Notes under the pieces: generated by a model
Told to the model about the DNA's origin: nothing
Seen by the model: only the letters and a program-made list of their open reading frames with translations
Database searches by the model: none
Program-made: the position numbers and the translations under genes
In this document: piece after piece, positions 1 through 7,655 of the stretch
How the letters are laid out: each line of letters opens with the position of its first letter
How positions within the stretch are numbered: the first letter of the stretch is position 1
IMG/VR virus record: IMGVR_UViG_3300045988_175656
Origin: a virus
Direction: 5' to 3' (one strand)
Length of the DNA: 64,000 bases

Positions 1-1
1 T

Positions 2-1372
2 GAGTTAAAAACTATTTCTTGCACATTATCTGAAAATGATAAAAAAACATATAAAGATATTAAATCTAATTTAGAAAAACAATTTGGCTTCACTGAATAT
101 GGAATTTATGGCAAATGTAATGAAGGTATAGGGTGGAATATAGCTCAATATGCTAAAAATTGTGGTATAAATTCAACAATCATAGAAAGAATGTGCAAAA
201 AAAACGTATGGAAATCAATTGAAGGTTTTTTATTTAAAGGGAAAAAAATTCATTATAAGAAATATAATGAATTTAATTCATTATATGGAACTAATGTTTC
301 TAAAGTATTAACAGGAATAAGTTTTGATGGTAAATGTGTATATTGGAGAAAATCAGGTAAAAAAAATAATAAAGGAGTATATTCTGATATTGTTTTACCA
401 ATCAATAAAACTGTAAACGAATATGAAGCTCAGGCATTGTCCAATGAAATTGCATATGTTGGTATTATTAGAAAAATAATTAGAGGGAAAAATAAATTTT
501 ATGCTCAAATTACATTAAAAGGCTGTTTGCCAAGTAAAATAGATAAATCAACTAATTTATTTCGTAAACCTGCTATTGGACGAGTTGGGCTTGATATTGG
601 AACATCAACACTTGCAATAGCTTCTAATTCAAAAGTTGAATTATTAGAACTTGCTGACAAAGCACAACCTAATGAAAACAAAATTAAAATCATACAACGA
701 AAAATAGATAGGAGTATTCGTAAAAATAACCCTAATAAATTTAATGAAAATGGTACTATTAATATTTCAAATAAAAATAAATGGGTTATTTCTAAAAATT
801 GTCAGAAATTAAAATTGAAGCTAAAAGAAATGTACAGAAAATTATCAGTAATACGAAAATTGCAACATGAAGAATTAGCTAATCATATAATTTCATTAGG
901 AAACGAATGTTATATTGAGACTATGAGATGGAAAGGCTTACAAAAAAGGTCACAAAATGATGATATTAATAATAATGGAAAACCAAAAAAGAAAAAACGC
1001 TTTGGAAAAAGTATTAGTAATAGAGCACCATCACAATTAACAACTATTTTATCTAACAAATTGAACAATTATGGTTACAAATTATATCTAATAGATACAA
1101 CAAAATGTAGAGCTAGTCAATATAATCATATAACAAAAGAGTATAATAAAAAATCTTTAAATGAAAGATGGAATATTATGCCAAATGGTGATAAAATTCA
1201 AAGAGATTTATATTCAGCTTTTTTAATCCAAAATATTAATGATACATTGGATGGCTTTAATGAAAAATTATTAAATGATAATTATGATAACTTTAAAGTT
1301 ATGCATAATAAAGAGATTGAAAGATTAAGATTAATACCAAAGAAAAAATTATCGTCAATGGGAATTAAATAA
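2..1372 (+). CDS. TnpB/Cas12-family RuvC nuclease, candidate compact type V-like CRISPR effector (N-terminus cut by window edge)
   Basis: The frame is open from nt 2, with no stop before the track ATG at 191. RuvC-I GLDIGTSTLAIAS, RuvC-II CYIETMRWKGLQKR and RuvC-III QRDLYSAFLIQNI occur in the TnpB/Cas12 order. A TnpB-like FKGKK...VLPI...FYAQITLKG segment lies upstream. The usual CxxC..CxxC zinc finger between RuvC-II and -III is missing (one Cys only). A CRISPR array starts 244 nt downstream on the same strand. Confidence 0.75.
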   Translation, partial: ELKTISCTLSENDKKTYKDIKSNLEKQFGFTEYGIYGKCNEGIGWNIAQYAKNCGINSTIIERMCKKNVWKSIEGFLFKGKKIHYKKYNEFNSLYGTNVSKVLTGISFDGKCVYWRKSGKKNNKGVYSDIVLPINKTVNEYEAQALSNEIAYVGIIRKIIRGKNKFYAQITLKGCLPSKIDKSTNLFRKPAIGRVGLDIGTSTLAIASNSKVELLELADKAQPNENKIKIIQRKIDRSIRKNNPNKFNENGTINISNKNKWVISKNCQKLKLKLKEMYRKLSVIRKLQHEELANHIISLGNECYIETMRWKGLQKRSQNDDINNNGKPKKKKRFGKSISNRAPSQLTTILSNKLNNYGYKLYLIDTTKCRASQYNHITKEYNKKSLNERWNIMPNGDKIQRDLYSAFLIQNINDTLDGFNEKLLNDNYDNFKVMHNKEIERLRLIPKKKLSSMGIK

Positions 1373-1387
1373 TTTTAACTATAATAA

Positions 1388-1419
1388 TTTTGAAATTTAA
1401 AAAATAAGTTGTATATTTG
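1388..1419 (+). promoter_or_regulatory. Bacteroidota-type promoter (-33 TTTG, -7 TATATTTG) facing the CRISPR array
   Basis: TTTG at 1388-1391 and TATATTTG at 1412-1419, 20 nt apart. This is the same TATATTTGCA box seen before many genes in the window. Confidence 0.6.
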
Positions 1420-1615
1420 CAATGTAATAAAAAACAAGATTTGTTATCTTGGTCATCGTTAATGAGAACATTGGTTTTCTTGATGACGAATTTATTAAAT
1501 CGAATTAAGATTAGTTTTATTGAACTATGTGTGTCAATTTAGAAAATTTTATATTAGATTTAATATATACGATTATATCATAAATAATTGGTTATTAGCT
1601 ATTTGTTGAAGATGT

Positions 1616-2242
1616 GCTGTTTATGATATATAAATATATTGTATAAACAGGTTCGGTAATGATAACATCATCATCAAATGTGCTGTTTATGATATATAAA
1701 TATATTGTATAAACAGGAATATGGTATAGCAGGTGTGTTATTTGCCACTGTTTATGATATATAAATATATTGTATAAACAGGAGCAACGATTTTCAACGC
1801 AAAGGGCGCACGGCTGTTTATGATATATAAATATATTGTATAAACAGGATAACGTTCTTTAGTCTTATCTCCATAAGAGCTGTTTATGACATATAAATAT
1901 ATTGTATAAACAGGCAAGTATCGTTTATGGTTCTTGTAGCTATTGCTGTTTATGATATATAAATATATTGTATAAACAGGAAGTCAGTTTGTATGTTGTT
2001 CTTCCTCTCTGCTATTTATGACATATAAATGTATTGTATAAACAGGAGAAAAGGTATCTGGAGCGAAAAAGAATACGTTGTTTATGATATATAAAATATA
2101 TTGTATAAAACAAGCAAGAAATGTAGTGTGATTGATTTTTTTCTGTTGTTTATGATATATAAAATATATTGTATAAACAAGAATAGTGATGAACGCAGCC
2201 ACACTTGCTGTTTATGATATATGAGTTTATTATATAAACAGA
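1616..2242 (+). CRISPR. CRISPR array, 10 repeats and 9 spacers
   Basis: 36-nt repeat GCTGTTTATGATATATAAATATATTGTATAAACAGG, starting at 1616, 1682, 1747, 1813, 1879, 1945, 2011, 2077, 2145 and 2207. Repeats 1-6 are (near-)identical, repeat 7 has 3 substitutions, and repeats 8-10 are progressively degenerate with 1-2 nt insertions. The 9 spacers are unique, with lengths 30, 29, 30, 30, 30, 30, 30, 30 and 25 nt. Strand is inferred from the upstream promoter and from degeneracy at the 3' end. Confidence 0.93.
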
Positions 2243-2263
2243 GAATTAATCAGATATTTATTT

Positions 2264-3268
2264 ATGCAAAATAACTATTTATGTTATATAAATAACATAA
2301 CAATGGATATTTTCAAGAAAAAAGAAATAATAGTTGCAAATATAAAACGCTTTAATGCTAATAACATTAACCCAAATGATGTTATATTATGCAACACTGA
2401 TGAAGAGTTATTAAAATTAATTCTTCGCCAATCACCTAATTATTGGTTCAACAATTATGTTTTAACGTTAGAACAATTTGTTGATTTCTTCTCCGATTTA
2501 TTTGAAAAATATAATATTTTTACAACAGGAGAACATCATTTGTATGGAAGCCATAAAGGTTACGCATTTGGGGATGCAATATTATATGTCTATAACAATT
2601 ATGAATTGTATGCTTATCAAAAAGCAACTGTATATGCCTATACACAATCTCATATATACACTCATGACTTTACTAAAGCTGAAGCTCATAATTTAGCTTG
2701 TGTTGATATGTTTGATGCAAATTGTCACACTGAGTATTTTGATGAATCATGTGGCTATATTCATAATGGAGAAGCTATATCAAATGATAAATCAAATATA
2801 GTTTTAATTGAAGGCACTTTAACTTCTCATAATTATTCGCATATTAAGACTTTACCTGGTGGCTATAAAAATGTAACTGCAATGGATAATTGTACTCTTG
2901 AATTACATGGTTCTCCTTGTGTTGATTGCTATAATCATTGCCAAGTGAAAGCATATGATATGTCAGAAGTAACTTGTCATAATAATGTTTGTGTTGAATC
3001 ATATAATAAATCACAAATCATATTAAATGATTTATCTTCATGTGTTGCACATGATACTTCAATAATCCATATATGTGCAGCAAAATGTGTTAAACTAATG
3101 GATTTATCTATTGGTTATAATTATCATGATATTGCAATTCAAATGGATGTATCAGGAACATCTTATTTATGTGATTTAACTGATACATTTACACAAGTAC
3201 AAAATAATGGTACTATTAAATGGGAACAGTCAGGAAAGATATTCTCAAATCAAAGAAATTTAAATTAA
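2264..3268 (+). CDS. hypothetical Cys/His-rich protein with degenerate ~8-residue repeats (beta-solenoid-like)
   Basis: Track ORF starting 22 nt after the last CRISPR repeat (alternative ATG at 2303). It contains a recurring x-[YH]-[DN]-x-[SC]-x-[VI]-x pattern: VYAYTQSH, IYTHDFTK, YFDESCGY, VKAYDMSE, VTCHNNVC, VESYNKSQ. Confidence 0.6.
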   Translation: MQNNYLCYINNITMDIFKKKEIIVANIKRFNANNINPNDVILCNTDEELLKLILRQSPNYWFNNYVLTLEQFVDFFSDLFEKYNIFTTGEHHLYGSHKGYAFGDAILYVYNNYELYAYQKATVYAYTQSHIYTHDFTKAEAHNLACVDMFDANCHTEYFDESCGYIHNGEAISNDKSNIVLIEGTLTSHNYSHIKTLPGGYKNVTAMDNCTLELHGSPCVDCYNHCQVKAYDMSEVTCHNNVCVESYNKSQIILNDLSSCVAHDTSIIHICAAKCVKLMDLSIGYNYHDIAIQMDVSGTSYLCDLTDTFTQVQNNGTIKWEQSGKIFSNQRNLN

Positions 3269-3290
3269 CCATTTTATTTTAACCATATTT

Positions 3291-3320
3291 AACGAGACTT
3301 CTTTTGAGGTCTCGTTTTTT
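3291..3320 (+). terminator. rho-independent terminator (AACGAGAC/GTCTCGTT stem plus T-run), cassette copy 1
   Basis: 8-bp stem at 3291-3298 and 3309-3316, followed by T6. The loop carries the TTTG used as the -33 box of the next promoter. Confidence 0.75.
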
Positions 3321-3333
3321 GTTTGTACATTTG
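3303..3333 (+). promoter_or_regulatory. Bacteroidota-type promoter
   Basis: TTTG at 3303-3306 and TACATTTG at 3326-3333, 19 nt apart, 24 nt before ATG 3357. Confidence 0.6.
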
Positions 3334-3356
3334 CATAAACAAAAAATAAATAGAAT

Positions 3357-3947
3357 ATGAATAATTGGAAATATGTTAATCAGTTTTACAAAATAAAAGA
3401 CTCAAAATTTGAAGAACCATCAATATGGGTTAAGGGGGATGAAAATGATGTAATGTCCATACTTAATAAATGTGAATACGAAAATTTTCAAAAGAGTTTG
3501 GGGAATGGAATATTTCAAGAAGAAGCATTTAGAGTAAAACCTAATTCAATGATGGAATTTATTGATTTACCAAAGGAAGAAATGGATAAAATCAATGAAG
3601 AGTTTGCTCGCCCATTAGAAAGAATGACAGAAAAACGTTTTATTGAATGTGCATTGTATGTTTTAAATATTAATCCATATTTAGGTTCTTCTACATGTTT
3701 AGGATGGGAAGAATATAACGATTATACTAAAAATCCTAATTGGATGGGTGGAGATTATATTCTACCTGACAATAATAAATATCATATTTGTTTACACAAA
3801 GGAACTATGAGAATATACCCAGGTGAAGGAGACCCATTCTGTACTTGGATAACCAAAGAACCATTAATTGAATTTAAAATTAATTTGAATGAATGGGCTG
3901 AAAGAGTGACTAATAATGAAAGCACAATTAAAATAACACAATTATGA
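3357..3947 (+). CDS. hypothetical protein
   Basis: Track ORF and first gene after a terminator/promoter cassette. No motif recognised. Confidence 0.65.
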   Translation: MNNWKYVNQFYKIKDSKFEEPSIWVKGDENDVMSILNKCEYENFQKSLGNGIFQEEAFRVKPNSMMEFIDLPKEEMDKINEEFARPLERMTEKRFIECALYVLNINPYLGSSTCLGWEEYNDYTKNPNWMGGDYILPDNNKYHICLHKGTMRIYPGEGDPFCTWITKEPLIEFKINLNEWAERVTNNESTIKITQL

Positions 3948-4759
3948 GCAAAAGTTTAGAAGATGTATTAAACTATATGATTGTTGAGAAACCATATCCA
4001 TCTCAAATACAAAAAATATTTGATAATGGTATAATTCAAGAAATATCTGAAAGGAATGGTTTTTATATTATGCTTTTTAGTTTTCAACATAAAGGAAGTT
4101 TCATAATGAGCTATATGTCAACATCAAGAGACATATATTTAATGTGTGATGAATATATGAACGAAATTGCATATATTGGTGCTTTAATTGTTGATAGCAA
4201 ATATAAAATACATAGAGGTGTTTTGGAATCTTTTTTAAGAGATAGTAATGGTAACTATAAAATGAACACCACACAGCTTTTAACTAAAAGTGATGGTTTA
4301 AAACTTTCACATTTATTTAAAGATAAATATTTTAGTTCAATGATATTACCAATTGTTGTCACAGATATTTCAACTGCTTGGCGTGATTCAATAACAAACT
4401 ATAATTATGGTTATCCTCGTGGATATAATACTAAACCTGAATATGATGACTATGGTAATTATTATGGAGTTATAAAAGACATTTATACATTTATAAGTAG
4501 ACATAATTTTACTAGTGTTGAAAGCATTGAAAGAAATGTTAAATTTGGAATAGATAAACAAACAATTTTAACTAAATTAAATTGTGCATCTATTATTGGA
4601 AAATCGGTTGAAAAAGCTGGTAATAAAATTGGTAAATCTATTGAAGTTGGATGTGAGAATATTGCAAGAAGCAATTTTATGATTGGTTCATCAATTCAAA
4701 AAGCAGGTACTAGAATAGCAAATGGTGTAAATGGTTGTACATATGCTTATGGAGATTAA
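3944..4759 (+). CDS. hypothetical protein
   Basis: Track ORF with an ATGA start/stop overlap with the upstream gene. No motif recognised. Confidence 0.65.
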   Translation: MSKSLEDVLNYMIVEKPYPSQIQKIFDNGIIQEISERNGFYIMLFSFQHKGSFIMSYMSTSRDIYLMCDEYMNEIAYIGALIVDSKYKIHRGVLESFLRDSNGNYKMNTTQLLTKSDGLKLSHLFKDKYFSSMILPIVVTDISTAWRDSITNYNYGYPRGYNTKPEYDDYGNYYGVIKDIYTFISRHNFTSVESIERNVKFGIDKQTILTKLNCASIIGKSVEKAGNKIGKSIEVGCENIARSNFMIGSSIQKAGTRIANGVNGCTYAYGD

Positions 4760-4789
4760 TAAATATAGAAAATTATAAAATAATTAAAA

Positions 4790-5374
4790 ATGGACAATAA
4801 TCAAATATATCATTTTGTTAAAGTGAAAACTAAAGGTGATGAAGATTCAAAAGGAACTTGGTTACTTGAAGCTGATTCATTAAGAGTAATTAATGAACAC
4901 TTTAAAAAATATGTTGGAGCCGAAATTAAACAAGGTATGAAAGAAATCATATCTCGTATTAATGGTAAAGTAGGTCATTATACAAATAGTTTTGCTAGTA
5001 CTGTTGATACAATTATGCAATTTGGTGAAAAACCTTATTTAGTTGTTGCTACTGAATTGGAAAATGAAATGCTGCAAACCAGAATAAAAGGTTATCTTAA
5101 TGATAGAAAACAATATTTATCCGATTCTTTATCTGTTATTATCATGTCTCCACACTTAGAGATTATTGATGAAGAATATAAAGATGAAATGGTATATCCT
5201 CATGAAAGTAAACCATCATTAAATGATGTAAAATATATGACATGGTATGGTGGAAAACATTGGTATGCTAAAATAGGAAAAATTGATATTGTTGACAGAG
5301 ATAACAATCAAAAATGGAACACTCGCAAAGAAGCTGAAGAAGCAGCTAAATGGTATATTGAAACATTCTATTAA
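4790..5374 (+). CDS. hypothetical protein
   Basis: Track ORF in the co-oriented packed train. No motif recognised. Confidence 0.65.
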   Translation: MDNNQIYHFVKVKTKGDEDSKGTWLLEADSLRVINEHFKKYVGAEIKQGMKEIISRINGKVGHYTNSFASTVDTIMQFGEKPYLVVATELENEMLQTRIKGYLNDRKQYLSDSLSVIIMSPHLEIIDEEYKDEMVYPHESKPSLNDVKYMTWYGGKHWYAKIGKIDIVDRDNNQKWNTRKEAEEAAKWYIETFY

Positions 5375-5376
5375 TT

Positions 5377-5742
5377 ATGAAAAAACATATAACTTATTGC
5401 AATCAATGTGATAATTGTAAGGTATATCCTGACCCAGACTTTGATGATTGGTTTTGTCATGATGATATAAAAATTGTTTGTAATGTTAACAACATGACAA
5501 TGGCAAGTGCATGTCGTCCTTATGAAATAAATTCATTTAAAGTGCCTAAAAATTGTCCATTAATGAATAAAATGGAAGAAAAGCCTATTAAAAATACTAA
5601 TGATTTGATTAGAAAATTTATGAAGGATAATAATCTTGAAGAGATGCATATGGGTGCATTTATTCTTGAAGAATACAATAGTGTATGTATCAACAAAAAT
5701 GATATAGATAAAATAAATAATATAATTAACTTTAATAAATAA
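5377..5742 (+). CDS. hypothetical Cys-rich protein
   Basis: Track ORF. The N-terminal part has CxxCxxC plus further Cys/His, a possible zinc-binding site. Confidence 0.6.
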   Translation: MKKHITYCNQCDNCKVYPDPDFDDWFCHDDIKIVCNVNNMTMASACRPYEINSFKVPKNCPLMNKMEEKPIKNTNDLIRKFMKDNNLEEMHMGAFILEEYNSVCINKNDIDKINNIINFNK

Positions 5743-5745
5743 ATT

Positions 5746-6324
5746 ATGTCAGAAATTAAAATTACAACAGAAAAAGTAAGAGAAGCCTATAAGAAAGGTA
5801 ATGATTGTGTAAAAGATGTATTGCAAAATCTTTTTGGAGAAGAAGTATGTGCTCCGAAAAATGTAATGGATAGAGTAAAAACATTTGAAGATGCTTGTAT
5901 AGAAACAAATACAGACATCAAAGCATTTAATGAGATGACAAAGAATTTAGATGAACATGTGGTAACTTACATGAAATTAAGTATTATTGTTAAAGCTCTT
6001 AATGAAGATGATAAATTTCCGTACTTTACAAAAGAAGAATGGAGATATTACCCTTATTTTTGGTTATATACTAAAGATGAATATGAAAAAATGAACACCA
6101 AAGACAGAGAGAAAGTCTCTCGTGTCCTCTTTCGCTCGTATAACGATGCGCATTCGAATGGCGGTGTTGCGTATGCGGATGCGGTGGACGGTGCTTCGTG
6201 TGCGAGTAGCTATGTGGGTGCTCGGCTTGTTTTCCGAACAAGAGAACTTGCATTATATGCAGGGAAACAATTTATTGATTTATATGTAAAACATATATTT
6301 GATGCTGACATAATAAAAGATTAA
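5746..6324 (+). CDS. hypothetical protein carrying a GC-rich, A-poor codon island near its 3' end
   Basis: Track ORF. Codon usage switches abruptly at about 6114-6236 to GCG/GGC/GTG/TCG codons. The C-terminus reads VGARLVFRTRELALYAGKQF. Confidence 0.65.
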   Translation: MSEIKITTEKVREAYKKGNDCVKDVLQNLFGEEVCAPKNVMDRVKTFEDACIETNTDIKAFNEMTKNLDEHVVTYMKLSIIVKALNEDDKFPYFTKEEWRYYPYFWLYTKDEYEKMNTKDREKVSRVLFRSYNDAHSNGGVAYADAVDGASCASSYVGARLVFRTRELALYAGKQFIDLYVKHIFDADIIKD

Positions 6325-6333
6325 AATCATATT

Positions 6334-6624
6334 ATGAAGAAAGAAAAAAGAAAATGGGTCAAAGATGAAAAAAGGTTAATTAAACTGTTATATAGAACAG
6401 GTATTATTGATAGATATACATCAATTGATTCATTATATTGGGATTATTCTGGGAAGTTTCCCAGAATAATTTATACTAAAAATGATTATTTAGATAATAT
6501 TAATGATTATATTATTGTTGATATTGTTAACAGGGAGGAATATGGAAACATTTCACGAAAATCATTGATTAAACTTCTTAGTAAACTTCCAATTAAAAAC
6601 AACAAAACAATAAAAAACGTTTAA
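6334..6624 (+). CDS. hypothetical protein
   Basis: Track ORF in the packed train. Confidence 0.55.
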   Translation: MKKEKRKWVKDEKRLIKLLYRTGIIDRYTSIDSLYWDYSGKFPRIIYTKNDYLDNINDYIIVDIVNREEYGNISRKSLIKLLSKLPIKNNKTIKNV

Positions 6625-6626
6625 TA

Positions 6627-6725
6627 ATGATTGAAACTGTAATTTTAATTGCATTAGCAATTGTGTATTCCATAGGATGTATAATGGTTCGCATTTATAA
6701 ATGGAATAAAAGACGAAAAAATTAA
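6627..6725 (+). CDS. possible 32-aa single-pass membrane peptide
   Basis: ATG 6627 lies 3 nt after the previous stop. It translates as MIETVILIALAIVYSIGCIMVRIYKWNKRRKN (hydrophobic core, basic tail) and ends just before the terminator. It is below the track size cutoff. Confidence 0.35.
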   Translation: MIETVILIALAIVYSIGCIMVRIYKWNKRRKN

Positions 6726-6733
6726 GAATAATT

Positions 6734-6763
6734 AACGAGACTTATTTGCAAGTCTCGTTTTTT
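6734..6763 (+). terminator. rho-independent terminator, cassette copy 2
   Basis: AACGAGAC at 6734-6741 pairs with GTCTCGTT at 6752-6759, followed by a T-run. Confidence 0.75.
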
Positions 6764-6776
6764 GTTTCTATATTTG
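6745..6776 (+). promoter_or_regulatory. Bacteroidota-type promoter
   Basis: TTTG at 6745-6748 (inside the terminator loop) and TATATTTG at 6769-6776, 20 nt apart. Confidence 0.6.
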
Positions 6777-6801
6777 CATTATAATAAATTATAGAAATAG
6801 T

Positions 6802-7212
6802 ATGGAAAATTTTACATTAAAAGAATTAAAACAATGTGTTGAATATTGTGGTGGAGATAAAAAGAAAGTGAAAGAATGGATAAAAAATTGTAATCCATTA
6901 CCAACAACATTAAAAGAATTATTATCATATAATAAACTAAAAACTGTTGATTATGGTGATTTTCCCAATGATATTCAAGAAGATGTTACTCATTGTATAT
7001 ATACATTCGAAAAAGGATATACTACTAGTTTAAATAGGGTATTTGAGCGATTCTGTGATTATTTTTTAGATGATGAAGATGAAAATGTGTGGGATGATGA
7101 AAAAAAAGAATATAATTATGATGCGTTGGAAAAAGCATTTAACAAATATATTCCAGGTTTTGTAAAATTTCTAATTGATAATCAAGTAGGAGCAATTAGA
7201 AATTATTGGTAA
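6802..7212 (+). CDS. hypothetical protein
   Basis: Track ORF following a cassette. Confidence 0.65.
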   Translation: MENFTLKELKQCVEYCGGDKKKVKEWIKNCNPLPTTLKELLSYNKLKTVDYGDFPNDIQEDVTHCIYTFEKGYTTSLNRVFERFCDYFLDDEDENVWDDEKKEYNYDALEKAFNKYIPGFVKFLIDNQVGAIRNYW

Positions 7213-7225
7213 TATAATTGGAAAA

Positions 7226-7324
7226 ATGAAAATCATTGATTATATATTACTCAGTCTAATTTGGCTAATTATATTGTTTTTATTTGGTTGTGTTTATTAT
7301 GTAATGTTTATTATTAGATATTAG
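7226..7324 (+). CDS. possible 32-aa membrane peptide
   Basis: Translates as MKIIDYILLSLIWLIILFLFGCVYYVMFIIRY and fills the gap between two genes. It is below the track cutoff. Confidence 0.35.
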   Translation: MKIIDYILLSLIWLIILFLFGCVYYVMFIIRY

Positions 7325-7327
7325 AAT

Positions 7328-7651
7328 ATGGAAATTGAAGTAAAAGAAACTGTAACAAGGAAAATGAAAGTTTATCCTTGTATTAAATGTGGAAGTGAAA
7401 ATATTAAAATCTATAATTGTGGTTATAGTAGTTTTAATTGTGCTGGTGGCGAATGTAAAAGATGTGGTCATACTGTTGAAACTAATGCTAACTGGGATGT
7501 TACTGAATCAAGTTTAATTAAAGCTTGGAACAAAGAAAATGACCCATCAGTACTTATAGAACGTTTGGATAAAGAAAGACTTAAAATAATTGATGAAATC
7601 AAACGTCTTAAAAAATTAAAGAATAAAATGTCTAAATTAACCAAAGATTAA
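7328..7651 (+). CDS. zinc-ribbon protein, Lar-family-like (restriction alleviation-like)
   Basis: YPCIKCGSENI...CKRCGH followed by LIKAWNKEN, resembling the Lar-family CxxC...CxxC...A..WN signature. The tail is basic and coiled-coil-like. Confidence 0.45.
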   Translation: MEIEVKETVTRKMKVYPCIKCGSENIKIYNCGYSSFNCAGGECKRCGHTVETNANWDVTESSLIKAWNKENDPSVLIERLDKERLKIIDEIKRLKKLKNKMSKLTKD

Positions 7652-7655
7652 AAAT

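Noticed and set aside
2-1372. Reading the left-edge ORF as an ordinary IS200/IS605 TnpB of an insertion sequence
   Set aside because: This is not excluded, because the left end is outside the window. It is disfavoured because the gene is followed not by a transposon right end but by a promoter and a regular repeat-spacer array on the same strand.
1984-2202. Minus-strand 72-aa track ORF
   Set aside because: It lies entirely inside the CRISPR array. Its sequence is just translated repeats (recurring YIY/FIY strings), so it is an artefact.
6114-6236. Calling a complete diversity-generating retroelement
   Set aside because: No reverse transcriptase motif (YxDD) and no template-repeat copy were seen anywhere in this window. 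It is kept only as a hypothesis to test genome-wide.
6071-6253. 60-aa His/Pro-rich minus-strand ORF
   Set aside because: It exists only because the GC-rich island lacks stop codons in antisense. It is reported as a compositional anomaly instead.
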